DNA of 64,000 nt from Eledone cirrhosa (taxonomy: Eukaryota): NCBI GenBank assembly GCA_964016885.1, contig OZ024755.1:14260001-14324000 (forward strand), written 5' to 3'. The position numbers and the translations under genes were made by a program. A model generated the notes under the pieces. The model searched no databases. It was given only the letters and a program-made list of their open reading frames with translations, and was not told the DNA's origin. Shown here piece by piece: positions 41,971-57,346 of the stretch (the first letter of the stretch is position 1; every line of letters starts with the position of its first letter).

Positions 41971-44610
41971 AACTTTGAATAACTTTGAAATGTTTTGGCC
42001 AGTATTGGCCCAGGCCATGTCTAACTTAATAGCACCACCTGGCGAAGTCTTTCAATTCAGGATTTGGGCACCATGGCCCATTCGAGAAGAGAATTACTGT
42101 TTGCGGAGACATATCCGGGTGTGGGTGGTTTGTCCGGGATTACTTGGAGGAATTTGTCCAAAGACTTCTTGAATTTTGTGTGGTCAGTTTCTGTTTTGAC
42201 GTGTCCTGGTGTGATGTTGAAGAGAGCAGGGCCGATTGAGGTGAAATAATTGTGCCGTATTGTTGTTATGAGTTGCGATTTAGATTTTTGAATGGGACGG
42301 ATAGCACGGGGCCCAAGCCTTGGGTGTATCTTGAAGGCGATGCCAACATCATTTGGGCAGTGATGATGGAACATTTTCCACATCATGCAGATAATATAAC
42401 GCTCACGGCGACGTTGGAGTGAGTAAAGTTTCAGGTTTTCCAATCGACCCCAGTAGTCAAGGTCTGACATGCCATCTATCTTTTTCGTGATTGCCCTTTG
42501 AGGAGCTTCAAGTTTCATGATACTTTGTTTCGTGTGGGGAGACCACAGTGGACAACAGTATTCAAGGTGTGGTCGGGCGAAAGTAGAGAAGAGAAGGATA
42601 ATGGTGCGGGAATCTCTCGACTGGAAGGTTCTGAGGATCCAGGAACACATTCTGCGGGCCATGTCAACTTTGCTGCTTATATGCGTGGTCCAGCTTATGT
42701 TGCTGTCCACGGTTACTCCCAAGTCTCTGATGTTGTTAGATGCCACGAGAGTTTCCCCGGAGGGAAGGGAGTACGGGAGTTTCAGAGCATCCTCTTTTCC
42801 AAAGTGGATCAGTTCGAATTTATCTGCGTTCAGTAACATGTTGTTCTTTTCTGCCCATTGGGTAACAGCCAGTAGGTCTGACTGAAGGCTTATCCGGTCA
42901 TCCACGCCATTGATGACCTTTTGGAGCTTGGAATCATCAGCGAAAATTTTAATGTTGCTGTGTTTGATGATGTCAGTGATGTCATTAATATAGATGATGA
43001 AGAGAAGTGGGCCCAACACAGTGCCTTGTGGGACTCCACTACTGACTTTGGCTGGGCTTGATTTGACTCCCTCAACTACAACATGTTGGGTTCTGTTTGA
43101 CAGGAAGCTCTTGATCCACTGCAGCAGCTTTCCAGTGACACCAATATTGGACAGCTTTCTCAGTAGAATGTTATGATCAACCCTGTCAAAGGCCTTGCTG
43201 AAATCAAGGTAGATAACATCAGTGTTGGAACCCTCTCCCAAGGCTCTCAAAATGTCATCAAAGTGATGCAGTAGTTGCGTCAGGCAATCCCTTCCATTAC
43301 GGAATCCATGCTGGTTGGAGTTCAGCATATTGTTACTCTCAAGGAAGTGGGTCATTCGCGATCTCACCACTCGCTCAAATACCTTAATGATATGAGAGGT
43401 GAGTGAGATTGGACGGTAATTCACGGCAAGGGATTTGTTTCCCTTTTTGAAAACTGGGACAACAGACTGGGATAGAAGGTTTTCTGGCACATATCCAGCA
43501 TCCAGTGAGTTCCGCCACAGATTGGCAAGAGGAGAAGCAAGTTGGTGTTGACACGCCTTCAAGACACAAGCAGGGAACCTATCGGGACCTACTGCTGAAT
43601 TATGCTTGATTTCCTTTATTGCCGCCAAGACATCAGGGGCGCCAAACGTTATGTCCGATAAGGTGTAATGGGGAGTAACATCGCCGATACAGCCCAGATC
43701 GGCCATATCAGGATTGCTGAAAACAGAGCAGTATTGTTTCTGCAGTATCTCACCCATGGTTTTAGCATTGTCTTGAAGAGTGCCATTTTCATCAATTAGA
43801 GGGCCAACAGTAGAGCCAGTGATTTTGTGTTTTTTTGCAAATGAAAAGAACACTTTGGGATTGAGTTTGATCTTCTCAATGGCCCAGGCCTCTTCAGCTC
43901 TTCTCTGATTGTTGATGAGGGACATTATGTTGTTTTGGAGGTTATGTTTTTTAATCTCTAGTGATGAAATGGCAGTCAAGTTGATGTGTTGCTGCTGACA
44001 GTATTTCAGCTTGTTGATTTTTTTGTTCGTTCTCTTAATTTTTCTGATGAGTGTTTTTCTATTTCTAGGGATTCTGCTCTTAGATTTGTTTATAGTTCTT
44101 AATGGGGTGTGTTTAGCACATATGTTTGTAACAGTGTCCACAAATGTCTGCCAGGACTTTTTGATGTTAGTGGGTGTATGAGTGTGCGTGAAGGACCAGT
44201 CGACATGTGCAAGATCATGACTGATCGCTTCCCAGTTTGCATTGTGGAAATCCATAGCGTCAAACGGATGGACAGGAGAAATGACATTGGGTTTGTATAT
44301 TGGACGGTGGAAACTCAGATCACAGAGAACCATGTCATGATCAGAGAGTAGAGTTTTCTCCACTGCAATATTGTGGATATTGTCAGTGTGATTGCTGAAA
44401 ATTAAGTCTAGGACGTTTTTGTGGCACCTCGTTGGTTCGAGCACTAGTTGGGATAGGAAGAAATCATCCATGAAGTCAAGAAGCGATTCCACAGCTTCCC
44501 TGTCAGAGGTTGAGGCAGAAGAACCTGGTGGCAGGGTGTTTGTGGACCAGTCAACTCCGGGGAGGTTGAAGTCCCCCATCATCAAGATGTTGTCAGGGTG
44601 ACACTCTTGG
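41971..44610 (-). mobile_element. CR1-group LINE, 5'-truncated, about 850 aa of ORF2 without stops (partial APE endonuclease + RT) and 3'UTR
   Basis: GDFN, PTR...LDLIF, LSDH (APE); [37 protein letters not shown] (RT); stop at 42057-42059. Confidence 0.96.
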
Positions 44611-44996
44611 ATGTATATATATATGTATATATATATATGTATATATATATATAGATGTATATGTATATATAGATGTATATATATATGTATGTATGTATAT
44701 ATATATATGTATGTATATATATATATGTATGTATGTATATATATATGTATGTATGTATATATATATATATGTATGTATGTATATATATATGTATGTATGT
44801 ATATATATATATATGTATGTATGTATGTATATATATATGTATGTATGTATATATATATGTATGTATGTATATATATATGTATGTATGTATGTATATATGT
44901 ATGTATGTATGTATATATATATGTATGTATGTATATATATATGTATGTATGTATATATATATGTATGTATATATATATGTATGTATGTATGTATGT
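44611..44996. repeat. (TA)n/(TATG)n array III
   Basis: Directly visible. Confidence 0.98.
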
Positions 44997-45300
44997 CAGG
45001 TCACCACTTGGTGCTACTGGTAACATGTATCCCAGTACAACCTGTCTCATGGTCGGGTCGTTGGCGACTAAACTGGCAACCCCACTAAGGTTTCTTGGTG
45101 AGGAGGGTGACTTTGGACATCCTGCAGGACTAAAAACAAAACCTGTCAAAGGGCAAAGGAGCTCTTAAGAGTCAATGGCCATCCAAAATCACTGGGAGAG
45201 ATGACCCCTTAGCCTTTGTCAAGGCAGAATTCTAGGAGAAGGAAAACTCTGATATAACACCTGCAACCCTGATGGTATCCAATGATGTTGACTTGTTCTT
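44997..45300 (+). mobile_element. Probable RTE-type 5'UTR fragment
   Basis: GC-richer island containing ggcgactaaactggcaacc and CTAGGAGAAGGAAAACTCTGA (45232-45252), which I recall from RTE 5' leaders; not verified by search. Confidence 0.4.
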
Positions 45301-45603
45301 CTTTTTGGTAAATATCATCTTGGTTAAGAGAGTGGGACTGGCTTTGTGCAGTGCCTTTGCTCACTATAAAAGCTTCACGGCACAGGCATTGCTTTATATC
45401 TGGAGATCTCTCTGCACTTGCCGTCACATGGTACCATGGGCCCAGCACTATGTGTCAATAATTGTCACAAGTGTAGTGTTTGTACCAGAGTTTTCAAGTC
45501 GCTGACTGGACTAAAAAGTCACACTCGTTCAGCGCATCGGTAGGGGTTCTCCTACATGGATATAAAGTAGTGGCCGTACTCGAAAACGAGTTGGCAGCCA
45601 CCA

Positions 45604-45619
45604 TGTATGTATGTATGTA

Positions 45620-45652
<33 letters not shown>

Positions 45653-45897
45653 ATGTATGTATGTATGTATGTATATGTATGTATGTATATATATATGTAT
45701 GTATGTATATATATATGTATGTATGTATATATATATGTATGTATGTATATATATATGTATGTATGTATATATATATGTATGTATGTATATATATATGTAT
45801 GTATGTATATATATATGTATGTATGTATATATATATGTATGTATATATGTATGTATGTATGTATATATATATATATATGTATGTATGTATATGTATG

Positions 45898-45929
<32 letters not shown>

Positions 45930-46005
45930 TATATGTATGTATGTATGTATGTATATATATGTATGTATGTATATGTATGTATGTATATGTATGTATGTAT
46001 GTATA

Positions 46006-46038
<33 letters not shown>

Positions 46039-46591
46039 ATATATATATGTATGTATGTATGTGTATATATGTATATGTATGTATGTGTATATATGTATAT
46101 GTATGTATATATATATATATGTATATGTATATGTATGTATATATATATATATGTATATGTATATGTATGTATATATGTATATGTATGTATATATATATAT
46201 ATGTATATGTATGTATATATATATATATGTATATGTATATGTATATATATATGTATATGTATATGTATGTATATATGTATATGTATGTATATATATATAT
46301 ATGTATATGTATATGTATATATATATGTATATGTATATGTATGTATATATGTATATGTATGTATATATATATATATGTATATGTATGTATATGTATGTAT
46401 ATATATATATATGTATATATATGTATATGTATGTATATATATGTATATGTATGTATATATATGTATATGTATGTATATATATGTATATGTATGTATATAT
46501 ATATATATGTATATGTATGTATATATATATGTATATGTATGTATATATATGTATATGTATGTATATATATGTATATGTATGTATATGTATG

Positions 46592-46642
<51 letters not shown>
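45604..46642. repeat. (TATG)n/(TATATG)n/(TA)n array IV
   Basis: Directly visible. Confidence 0.98.
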
Positions 46643-46648
<6 letters not shown>

Positions 46649-48117
46649 TATTTTATCGACCCCGTAATGATGAAAAGCAAAGCTAGCCTCGGCGGGATTT
46701 GATTTTAGAACGTAAAGGGCCGTATTGCGCAGTATGCTATCTGTTGTTCTACTAATACTGCCAACCCATCGCCTTAATATTTACGTATAATAAACATACA
46801 TATGATCTCGCTGTCAGTTTCTAAGTTATATCATGACTACCTCAGTAACCGTGTAAGACCGCTGTGGTATGATCACAGCATATAATACGACAAGACTGTA
46901 TGTATGTTTATTATAAATCAACATATTGAATATAGGTTCATATACTCTCTTATTCTGAACCAAGCTTTGTTAGTGCTATTGCCAACTCTAACTTTAAATC
47001 TCGCTGCTTAAATTTACCTTTCGTTGCTCCTAGGTTAAATAACAACAAAATCTCAATGATGTACTGACATTGATTCAGTTTGTCATATCACTCCCCTTTC
47101 TATTTATGGCCTTGCATCAATCTGAAAAAAAAAAAAAATCATAATTTACCCATGAAAATCTATACACAATCAATATATAATATCAATGTAAAGAATTTAT
47201 TTACTGAAATAAAGGAGTATTGCCAATGGCAAGTCGTTGGATATAGAATCAAATTATAAAAGGATGTAAGGTTACAGTTAAAATGTCAATCTCGACATAT
47301 GGTTGATGTAAATAAATCACAAAGCGTGACTAAATTTAATAAAGCCTGCAGAAATATGAAGGCCAACGCAGCGATATATGAGATACAAGCTTATTCTTGT
47401 TTCTACTCCTATTATTTCCTGTCTTTCATCCGTTACATTATATAATGTTTTACCAACACCATCAATATCACTATCATATTATCTTAGTTTTTTTTCCTTC
47501 TTTGGGTACTTTATGCTAGTCTGTAATAAAAATAAATTATCAATCTATATTATAATGATTGTGCAGTATTTTTTGGGCCGTAAATCACACGAACGTTACG
47601 GTCTGACAAAATGGCTCTAACATTTTTTTAATTTATAATTCGTGAAACACAGCAGTTAGACCAGAAAAGGAGGTGGGGGTCGCTAAATGTTCTAAAATGT
47701 TTTCATTCATGCCAAGAAGTCAGCGTTCTTTGCCAACGGTGATATATCTGTGCCTATCTCTCTCTGCCTGTAAAACAACGGGTTATGTACTAATAATAAC
47801 CAGTAGTTTGTATGTGTATATAACCTAGTTAAGCAAATTTTTAACCTATACCTATATGTACAATATGTATAGGCGGCAAATTGGCAGTCGTTAGAACGTC
47901 GGTTAGAATACTTTGCGGTATTCGTTTGGGCTCTCTGTTCTCAAATACAAAGTCGATAAAAAAGTACCAGTCAAGTACTGGGGTCCATTCTTCCTCTATC
48001 TTTTTTTCACTTACATTCTCTCACTCTCTCTATCCTTCTCTGGGAGAAATCTGCTGCATTCAGACCTGGAGAGGAGATGGGCTCTGCCAGGTTTAAAAAA
48101 TGCCCTAGAAATGCCAG

Positions 48118-48280
48118 TATGCTCAGCTGAAAATAAGTACCAACAACAGCTGGGGGTTGAACCCTCTGATGGACTAGCGTCATATCCAGGTGGGGGAAGT
48201 CTTGTACTCTCAGTCACTTCACGTCATGGAAACTGGGATAGGCACCGGCCTGATGATCCTTCGGGCTCGAGAGAGACTTT
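48118..48280 (+). mobile_element. SINE body with MetaSINE-like central domain
   Basis: gatggactagcgtcatatccagg...tactctcagtcacttcacgtcatggaaactgggatagg..ccggcctgatg. Related decayed copies at about 13180-13430 and 13810-14050. Confidence 0.55.
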
Positions 48281-51031
48281 TTTTATTACTTTATTTTCAT
48301 ATCAAATAATTACGTTCAAATTACAGATGTCTGGAGATGATCCAGTCACTTAGACATTAATTCACGAGTCGGACATCAAGTTGATTGAGAGCCTGAATGT
48401 TCATCATACAAACCAACGGATGTCCCCCCCCCCACCCCCATTCATTACATCATAGAATAATCTATCGCTGAAAGCAGCGCTGTGTAAATTTGTAAAATGT
48501 TTGATTAGTTAACTGTATTGAGTATCGATCTTCTTGAACTTCTGAACCGTAATAGAATTCTTAACAAGCGAATTTGTTTTCAGTTGTATAATCACCTAAA
48601 CTAAACTTAGAGATCGGAGAACTATGCTCAGGTGGAAACTGTGTGACATCTGTGTGGGATATATATACATGCATATATGAGAGAGAAATAAGGAAAAGAC
48701 AACGGATGGAAGGTTGCTTCAGTCGAAAGTCACACATTCATTGGATAATCATGATCCTTGACACAAGGATATAATTTGAGTTCTAGCGTAACAGCTTAAC
48801 CTACCTAACTATCTACCTTCCTACACACATGCATTTGAAAAAAAAGGGCGTTTGGCACGAGACTCCTGGCCCTCTAGTTAACACATTTGTAGATTTGTAC
48901 CTAGTGAGAAGAACATTTCAGCAGAGAGATGGAGATGATATGATCATAGTATTGATCTGGCATTTTATATATCGATCCCGAAAGAATGAAAGATAGAGTT
49001 GGCCTCGGCAGGATTTGAACTCAGAGCAGAGAGCCGGAAAACATTCTACTCGACACCTAAATGATTCTGCCAATTCAGTACTATTTTATGGTGATAATTC
49101 ATGCGTCGTGGATCTTTGTTCGACAGTAAAAACATACTTTGTTATATATATATATAACGTATGCTCCTTTCTGTGCTGTATGTGCGTGTGAATGTATATT
49201 TATTAGAATTGAAGCATCTGATAAATGCTGTTATCAATGGTATCTTTGTCTTGCCTGCATTAAGAGATAATCAGGACAAAATGCTACCCACTTCGCTCCT
49301 TTTCCCCCCAATTATATCCATGTTGTTTAATGAACTGCTAAATTTGGCTATACAAAAGGGAGCAGCCATTTTTATTGTCGACGAAATAGTCTTGAGTAAA
49401 TGCAATACAAATGAAAGAAAATGCGCCTGTGTTGGGAGTGGGTAAACAAAGAGGAAAAACCAATTTGGTTCAGACATTGAAAATGAGTGTAGAACTTTGT
49501 TAGAAAGAGATTCAATAGGTAAATCAATGATATTGATCACCAATATATTGTGATCAATAGATATCATTAGTTTTCTTTTTAGTGCAGATCATATTTCTGG
49601 TACATTTCTATTCCAATTTGAACTTCTTACTATTACAAGAACAAGAGGGTGATGGATTGGCAGGATTGGTAGAGCACCGACTAAAATTCTTAGCGGTATT
49701 TAGTTACTAATTTCTATGTTCTGAGTTCAAATCCCGTCGAGGTCAACTTTGCCTTTTATCCTTCTGGAAGCCTGTCAGATAGACTGTACCTGTAATTCAA
49801 AGGGGCAGGTTTGTTGCACACTGTCAGGGTTGGATCTCTCTGAGAATTACATGAAGTGTACACGTGTTTGTGGAATGTTCAGCCATTTACACGTAAATTT
49901 CATGAATACGTTGATCCTTTGACTGAACAACTAGGATATTAATCAGCGAAACCGATGGAGGTCCAGTCCTTCCTTTAAGTTCTGAGTTCAAATCCTGCGA
50001 AAATCGATTTTGTCTTTCATCGTTACAGAGTCAATTAATTAAAGCACCAGCAACGCAGTGGGGTAGAATTAAGCGACTTTCCCTCCCCTCCACCGAAATT
50101 GTTTGCCTTGTGCCTAAATCAGAAACCATTATTTAATCTTATTTCTTCACGAGTCTGTCATTGAACCAGAGTCCCTAGTGTGAGAGCAATTCCATGAGCA
50201 CAACAGAAACAAAAGCAACGAAATCCTCCTGAGCAATGAAAATTGAAATAAGCGATATGTTGTTCTAATTACAACTGGTAATTTCAGTCAACAGTTCATT
50301 AAAAAATGTTGAGAGAAAGTTGAGATTCAGCGTGATACTGTATGTGATATGACCGACCGTTTGAAATACATGTACAGACCATCCGACGGGATTTCAAACA
50401 ATTTCCGCTGGCATTGGTCATTTGAGTTATTTTCCTTAATCTCTTTCATTAAGAAACGAAATTCTATAAGTTTAGTTTCTTCGTTTTGCTTATATTTCTC
50501 AAGAGAGACAATTTAATAAGAGAATAAACTGCCACATAAATGACCCGACCTTAAGACATTTCATAATATAAAATATCAGGTCTTTTCAAATCGATCATAC
50601 AGCTATCAGTGTTGATAGAGAATATATATATACAGTATGTTCAAAATTGACTGCTTTAAAATTCAGTTCAATCTGATATATAAACATTTTATTATTTTTG
50701 GAAATAGGCAGTGATGTCAGATTAAATACCTCGGTGCTTTTTTGTCATTTCATATTCGAAAAAAAAAACTAATGTTATTTCTGTGTTTTGAGTTCAAATC
50801 CAGCAGAGGTCAACTTCGTCTTTCATTCTCGGAGCCGATGACTAAATTACCAAGGGACGGTGGATTGGCAGAATTATTAAAGAGTTGGATGGGATGGTTT
50901 ATGGTATCTAATCTGGGTCTGTGTATTCTGAATTAAAACTCGTTCCATTTTCGGATCGGGTGGCATGTTGTGGCAGAGACACGTTATTTTAAAGTATCCC
51001 TGTATTTAAAGTATTCCTGTATTTTAAAGTG

Positions 51032-51245
<214 letters not shown>

Positions 51246-51549
51246 CTAGCTATATATGTATATATATAATATAGTATGTTCAGCATTCGGTGCTTTAAAA
51301 TTTAGTTCAATTCAATTTCAATAATTGAATTTATTGTCGCCGTTGTTTGTAAACAGAATGAAAGAGTTAGTTATGTTATATCGACACCTGAAACTAATTG
51401 AAGGCAATCAATAACAATAACAGTTGTAATAACAATTAATGACTTGGTTGATAATTAGAATTATTACAGACAAAGATAGCAGCAGCAAGAGTAATTTCAA
51501 TAATAATAATATTAGTAATATTTGTAAAAATAATGAAGCTCTTTGTAAC

Positions 51550-52260
51550 TACTACTGGTGGTGATTATGAAGATGATAATGGTTGTAGTGGTATTAGTGG
51601 GGGTATGGTTGATGAGGGTGGTGGTGGTGATGGAGGTGATCTGGAAGATGAGAGTAGTGGTGGTGGATGGGATATTGATGATGATGAGGGTGGTGGTGGT
51701 ATGGTTGATAATAAAGTTGGTGGTGGTATAGTTGAGAATGAGGGTGGTATGGTTGATGATGAGGCTGGTAGTGGAGGTGAAATGAATGATTATGACGATT
51801 GATGTGGATGATGGTGAATTGTGTGATGGTAGTGATACAGATTAGGCTGGTGATGGTGTTTGTCATGGTTGTGATGGTGGTGATGGTGGTGATGGTTGAG
51901 GGGTGTTGATGGTTGTGGTGGTGATGGCTGTGGGGGGTGATGATAGTTGTGGTGCTGGTGGGGATGGTTGTTGTGGTGGTGATGGTTGAGGGGTGTTGAT
52001 GGTTGTGGTGGTGATGGAAGTGATGGTTGTGGGGGGCGATGATGGTTGTGGTGCTGGTGGGGATGGTTGTTGTGGTGGTAGTAGTGATGGTGATTCAAAA
52101 AGACACTAAAATGTTACTTTTTTTTCTTTTCACTGAGTCAGAAAATAATTTTTATAAACCGGAGATAGCTTATATCTGAACATCTTAAGTAATTGAACAG
52201 AAAAAAAGTAATCTTTTAAATTGAAACAGACGTTGTCGTAGTAATACCACCAGCACGACG

Positions 52261-52312
<52 letters not shown>

Positions 52313-52450
52313 TTACTACTACTACTACTACTGCTGCTGCTGCCTCCATCACCACCACTACTAATGCCAGAACTACCACTACTACAACCAGCACTACTAC
52401 TACTACCCCCTACAAACACAACTACTACTATTACTACTACTACTACTACA
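51550..52450. repeat. Low-complexity (GGT/GAT)n tract followed by (CTA/CCA)n tract
   Basis: Trinucleotide-rich; internal duplication of about 100 bp at 51885-52078. Confidence 0.9.
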
Positions 52451-53712
52451 TCAAAACACAAAGATAGATTGGTAGATAGCAAATTTAACTGTCAAATATA
52501 TTTCATTAAACTTTGTAATTCACACCAATGGTCTCTGGATATAAAAGTATTAATGTATTAATGTCCTGTAGAATTGATTATAAAATGAAGATAGAAAGTT
52601 TAAAGTAAAACGCTGATATTTGTGTAAAGTGGTGTGCTCATGCACGGAAATGTTACAAAAAAGCTTATAGAATAGGGTGAAGACCCATAAAGACAGAAAA
52701 AGAAGTTGCCATAGGCCACTATTGCAACATATTAGATCTATCTTAACTTTTTCCCAAGCACTAGACTCGATACATCGTCCATACATGGCCTAGTATGGCC
52801 AGAGAACGGAAGTGGTGGAGGCCAACCAGGGAGGGTACATTCAACCAGAGTGAGAAGGCCCTGAATTTAGATTTGGATTAGTGTATCCAGGATTACATGA
52901 TTGAGTGTGTCCGTTCTATGGTTATATGGCGTTATCTTCGTATTTAGTAATCCTAATAAATTCTATTCGTGAATGAGGACTGAAATCCAGTAACACAAGT
53001 AAGACAATATAAAGACAAAGGTATATGGGCAAATTCTGCAGCAGGAATGCCCAAAGTTGTCGATATTGACGTCTAGGGTGTAAATGAAACAACCTAGGTG
53101 GTCGATTGAACTTTGGTATTATCTGATGGTTGCAACTATCTGGTAGAAGAAAGCAAGATTTGAACTCAGGATGAACAGAGCTCGATCAGATATTACTCTT
53201 TAACAATTCTACCAATCTACCACCTCTGGACTAACTGATTCTTTATTCGTCGAACACGAAAAACTGAAAAACAAAGTTGACCTCGGCGGGATTTGAACTT
53301 AGAGCGCAGAGAATCAAAATAACTACCAACGTTCTAACAACTGATCTTTCGTCGCCCAAGAAAAGAGTGAGTGAGTGAATATCTATAAAGGGTGATATCT
53401 TTAAAATAGGTCTATATGCTAATATATATTTGATATGGCTTAAATCAATGAAAGGTTGCCATTCTTGCCAACAGAAACTGCTTTATGGCATATACCCAAA
53501 AACTTTTACAAGAGCAAAGATATAAATGTGATACAAATCAATTAATGGTTACATGTTTCTGAAATAAAACTGGATACGTGAAGAAATTCTAATTGCTACT
53601 TTGACCAATGTCTTCCAATAATTAATTGATTTCATTCTTTTTACCGGGCAGAGGACCAATTCGAGAAAGAGGAAAGGATATTATCGACTGAATCGACCCC
53701 CGCAGAATATAA

Positions 53713-53761
<49 letters not shown>

Positions 53762-55876
53762 ATTTATTTATGTATGTATATATATATATATGATTGATTC
53801 TGAAAATATGAAAGGGAACGTCAACCCCATTACTGTATCTATTCAATATATATTGCTGAACTTACTGAGGTTAACGGTACCAATGATTGCAGTAAAAAAG
53901 GATTTCTTTTTCGTTAGCCACAGGCATGGCTGTATGGTTAAGTTATTCTCTTTGCAACCACGCAATATCGAATCCAGTCACACTGCGTAGCATCTTGGGC
54001 AAGTGTTTATTATTATTGATTCGAATTATTGCCAATTTGCCACCTAAAAAAATATATATGTTCCTGATCTCTTTTTGCCGAACTGTAAGTAAACAGTTAA
54101 CCTAATCCGACATACTTACACACGTGCGTGTGCTTACACATACAAACACCTGACGAGTCTACGTTAATTTCAGTCAGAAGGCATTGGTCAATCCCTGGCT
54201 ATTGTAGACATGTCCTAGGTGACTTAATCCTTAAACACAGCTATATATGAGTAAAATTATCATGGAAGCAATTATGGTCTTGTAAGTCACCTTTAAACGA
54301 TGTGGTTTAAAGTTCGTTCCCTCTGCGTTTTACGAGTACAGCTTACCCGACAAGCTTTCAAACTGTTTCTGTCTATCAAATTATTTACTCACAACATAAG
54401 GCATGGGTGAACTCGAGGTTATAGCAAATGATATTTGATCAAGATGCCAAAAAGTGTGATCAAATCCAGGGTCTTATTATTGCAAAACGATTTCATAACC
54501 ATTCGACTATGCTACGTCCAGCTGGCTTAATACCACCACTTTGCCCTTGTGTGTCTTTACCGGTGTCGTATCTGTTGGAAAGATTCGAGCCCCAGGGCTT
54601 CGGTCTGAGGAAAACGTCTTTCAACCAGTCTTCCCCGCTTCACAATGGTAAATGAAATATCTAGTAGTAATTAGCTATATTAATCTCCGTTCAAATATTG
54701 CCAGGATTAACTTTGCACCCAACCCCATAGTGTTGGTAAAAATAGGTACCAGTAATTGATTCATCCAACCTGACTGACCTTCCTCCAACTATAATAATTG
54801 TGGCCTTGTGTGGAAATCAATATGAATGATAGCGTGTGTGTATGTGAGAGATAGATAGAGATAGATAGATGTGGACAGATAGATAGAGAGAGAGACAGAC
54901 AGACTGTGAGATAAACAGTGAGACACAGTGTATGTGAGAGAGGGTGAGAAAGGCATAGGAAGAGCACGTGACAGGTGCCTGGAGAGACCATGAAAATTCA
55001 TTAAAAAAAAAAGAAAAATTGAAATGAAAAGTTATGAAATTTGAATTTTTCTATATTTCATATATTATTTCTATATTTTAGTTATGTTGTTGAATTATTG
55101 CCAAGTCCGAGGTTTTTTTCATTCTCCAAATTTCACTTCATACGACTGAAAACTGTCAGCAATGAGAAGTTGATAGAAATATTAGGACATCAACCATATT
55201 AATATGGCGTGTCTGATTGTATACTCTTTCTCTCTCTCGTCTGTAATTCTTTTAAAATTTAAACACATACACCCACACATCGCGCACAAACATCTGTAAC
55301 TTTTTATTTTATTTTAATTTATTTTTTGTCTTAATTTTAATTTTAATTTTTACTTAGCTCTGTATAGCTTGTTTTTTTTTTTGATTCTCAACTTTAAGAA
55401 ATAATTGTTTCTACTTTTGGCACAGGGCCAGCAATTACCCAGTAGATTACTGGTACTTTATTTAGCGACCCCGTAAGGATGAAAGGCAAAGTTAACCTCG
55501 GCGGAATTTGAACTCAGAATGGAAAGGGCCGTAACTCTATGCGTCAAAGCATGGCGTCCGACCCTCTACCGATACTGCCAATTCACCATGCTTGTGTGTA
55601 TGTATCTGCGTGTATCTTCATGGGTATAGGATTTCAGGTAACTGAAATATGATTACACTCTACCTAACAATATTGAATCCTTTCTTTAGCTTAATTGCAT
55701 TTCACATCCGCAGTGAGACGTATATGTATGTATGCATAAAACATACGCACGTATTCGTATACATTCACACACTTTCACTCCCTCTCTCTCACTATCTTTC
55801 CCTCTCATACTCTTACTCACACACATACTCACACTCTCTCTCACTCTTACACTCTCTCCCACACTCTTACACTCCA

Positions 55877-55877
<1 letters not shown>

Positions 55878-55940
<63 letters not shown>

Positions 55941-55951
55941 ACACACACACA

Positions 55952-55997
<46 letters not shown>
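55878..55997. repeat. (CA)n microsatellite
   Basis: Directly visible. Confidence 0.98.
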
Positions 55998-56005
<8 letters not shown>

Positions 56006-57256
56006 CATTCACATATCTATGCAAATACAATACACACGCACTTACACAATGTTTGTGTGTGTGTTTTACACAGATGTAATAACTTTCCGCCTCATTAGTG
56101 TTGGCTGAAGTAAATGTCAGTTACTGAGATTATAAACATCACAGTATTGTTATAAACGACACTTATCAAGCAATGCTAAACAACACCGCGGCTATAGTTC
56201 TGATTTGACCTATTGTCTCTTATCATCTATTCACACATTTACTGAAGACTGTGACATTTCTCTCAGACCGTATAACGATAGTATAGTAGTTATTGTTGTT
56301 CTGTTGGCTGTATTTGTTCTGCTTATTTAGGCCTAGTTTATCTCAGAGACTATCGGAGTCGTGTAATACGTTATATATATATATATATATATACTACTCG
56401 TACATATGAATTTTGCTAATTTTTTTCTTACACAATTCTATTTCGGTCTTTGAAACTTATCTAATATGACTACAATATCTGTCATAATAACGGCTTCTAA
56501 ACTAGGTATAAGACAGGGCAGTGGATTGACGGTATCGGTAGAGCGCCGGACAACATGATTTACGACATATAGTTACGTCTCTTTACGTTCTGCATTCAAA
56601 TGGGAAGAACATTGTTGAGAAATAGCGTATACAAATTATATAAAAAAGGGAAAATTATCTAGAAAATTCTAGAGAAGAAAAATTAGAAGTAACAGTAAAA
56701 AAACGAAAAATAGAAACACCTTGGTCTTCCGAATATAAACCTTTGGAACCGAACAATGTGAATGCATCACAAAAAGTATTTATTAGACTTTGCATGTATT
56801 TCTGTATATACAATCCACAGAAAACATTTCTCTAACTAGCATAAGTGTAGTATTTCTCTAGGCTTTGAAGTGCCACACCTTAAATAGGTTAGCCTCAGGT
56901 CTATTCTATATGTATGCCTTCTTAGTTCAGTTGGAATGCCTTTTCAAACATTACTTACCGCGAGAACAATAGTGTTGGCGCTAGTTGCAAAGAGAGTGGC
57001 GAAGCTACAAATCTTTGCTGATTAACTTGCAAAATACGAAAAGACGGTTTTTGGACTAAGACCAGCTCCCAATGATCTCTAAATTAGTGTGAAACGATGT
57101 TTTTGTTCACATAATAATTATATATATATATGAAACTCATAACAGATATGGGATAATATATAAGAAACACCAAAAGTTGCAAAGAATAGAAATAGTTTGT
57201 TTTTGTCTCGTTCTTTCTTTCTAGATGTCGAAACGGCCGGACCTCAGTCGCTGGGG

Positions 57257-57258
<2 letters not shown>

Positions 57259-57346
<88 letters not shown>

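Noticed and set aside
42057-45149. 1030-aa ORF as a full-length chimeric protein
   Set aside because: The N-terminal ~180 aa is read-through of a microsatellite and an unrelated island; only 44610-42057 is LINE ORF2.
48250-48278. CTGATGA hammerhead or C/D-box motif
   Set aside because: Part of a SINE body; no GAAA or stem III follows.
49161-49567. Overlapping 94- and 98-aa ORFs
   Set aside because: No recognisable domain or convincing splice sites; possibly a very old LINE remnant.
51533-52482. Gly/Asp-rich, His-rich and Val-rich ORFs
   Set aside because: Products of trinucleotide low-complexity tracts without splice or domain support.
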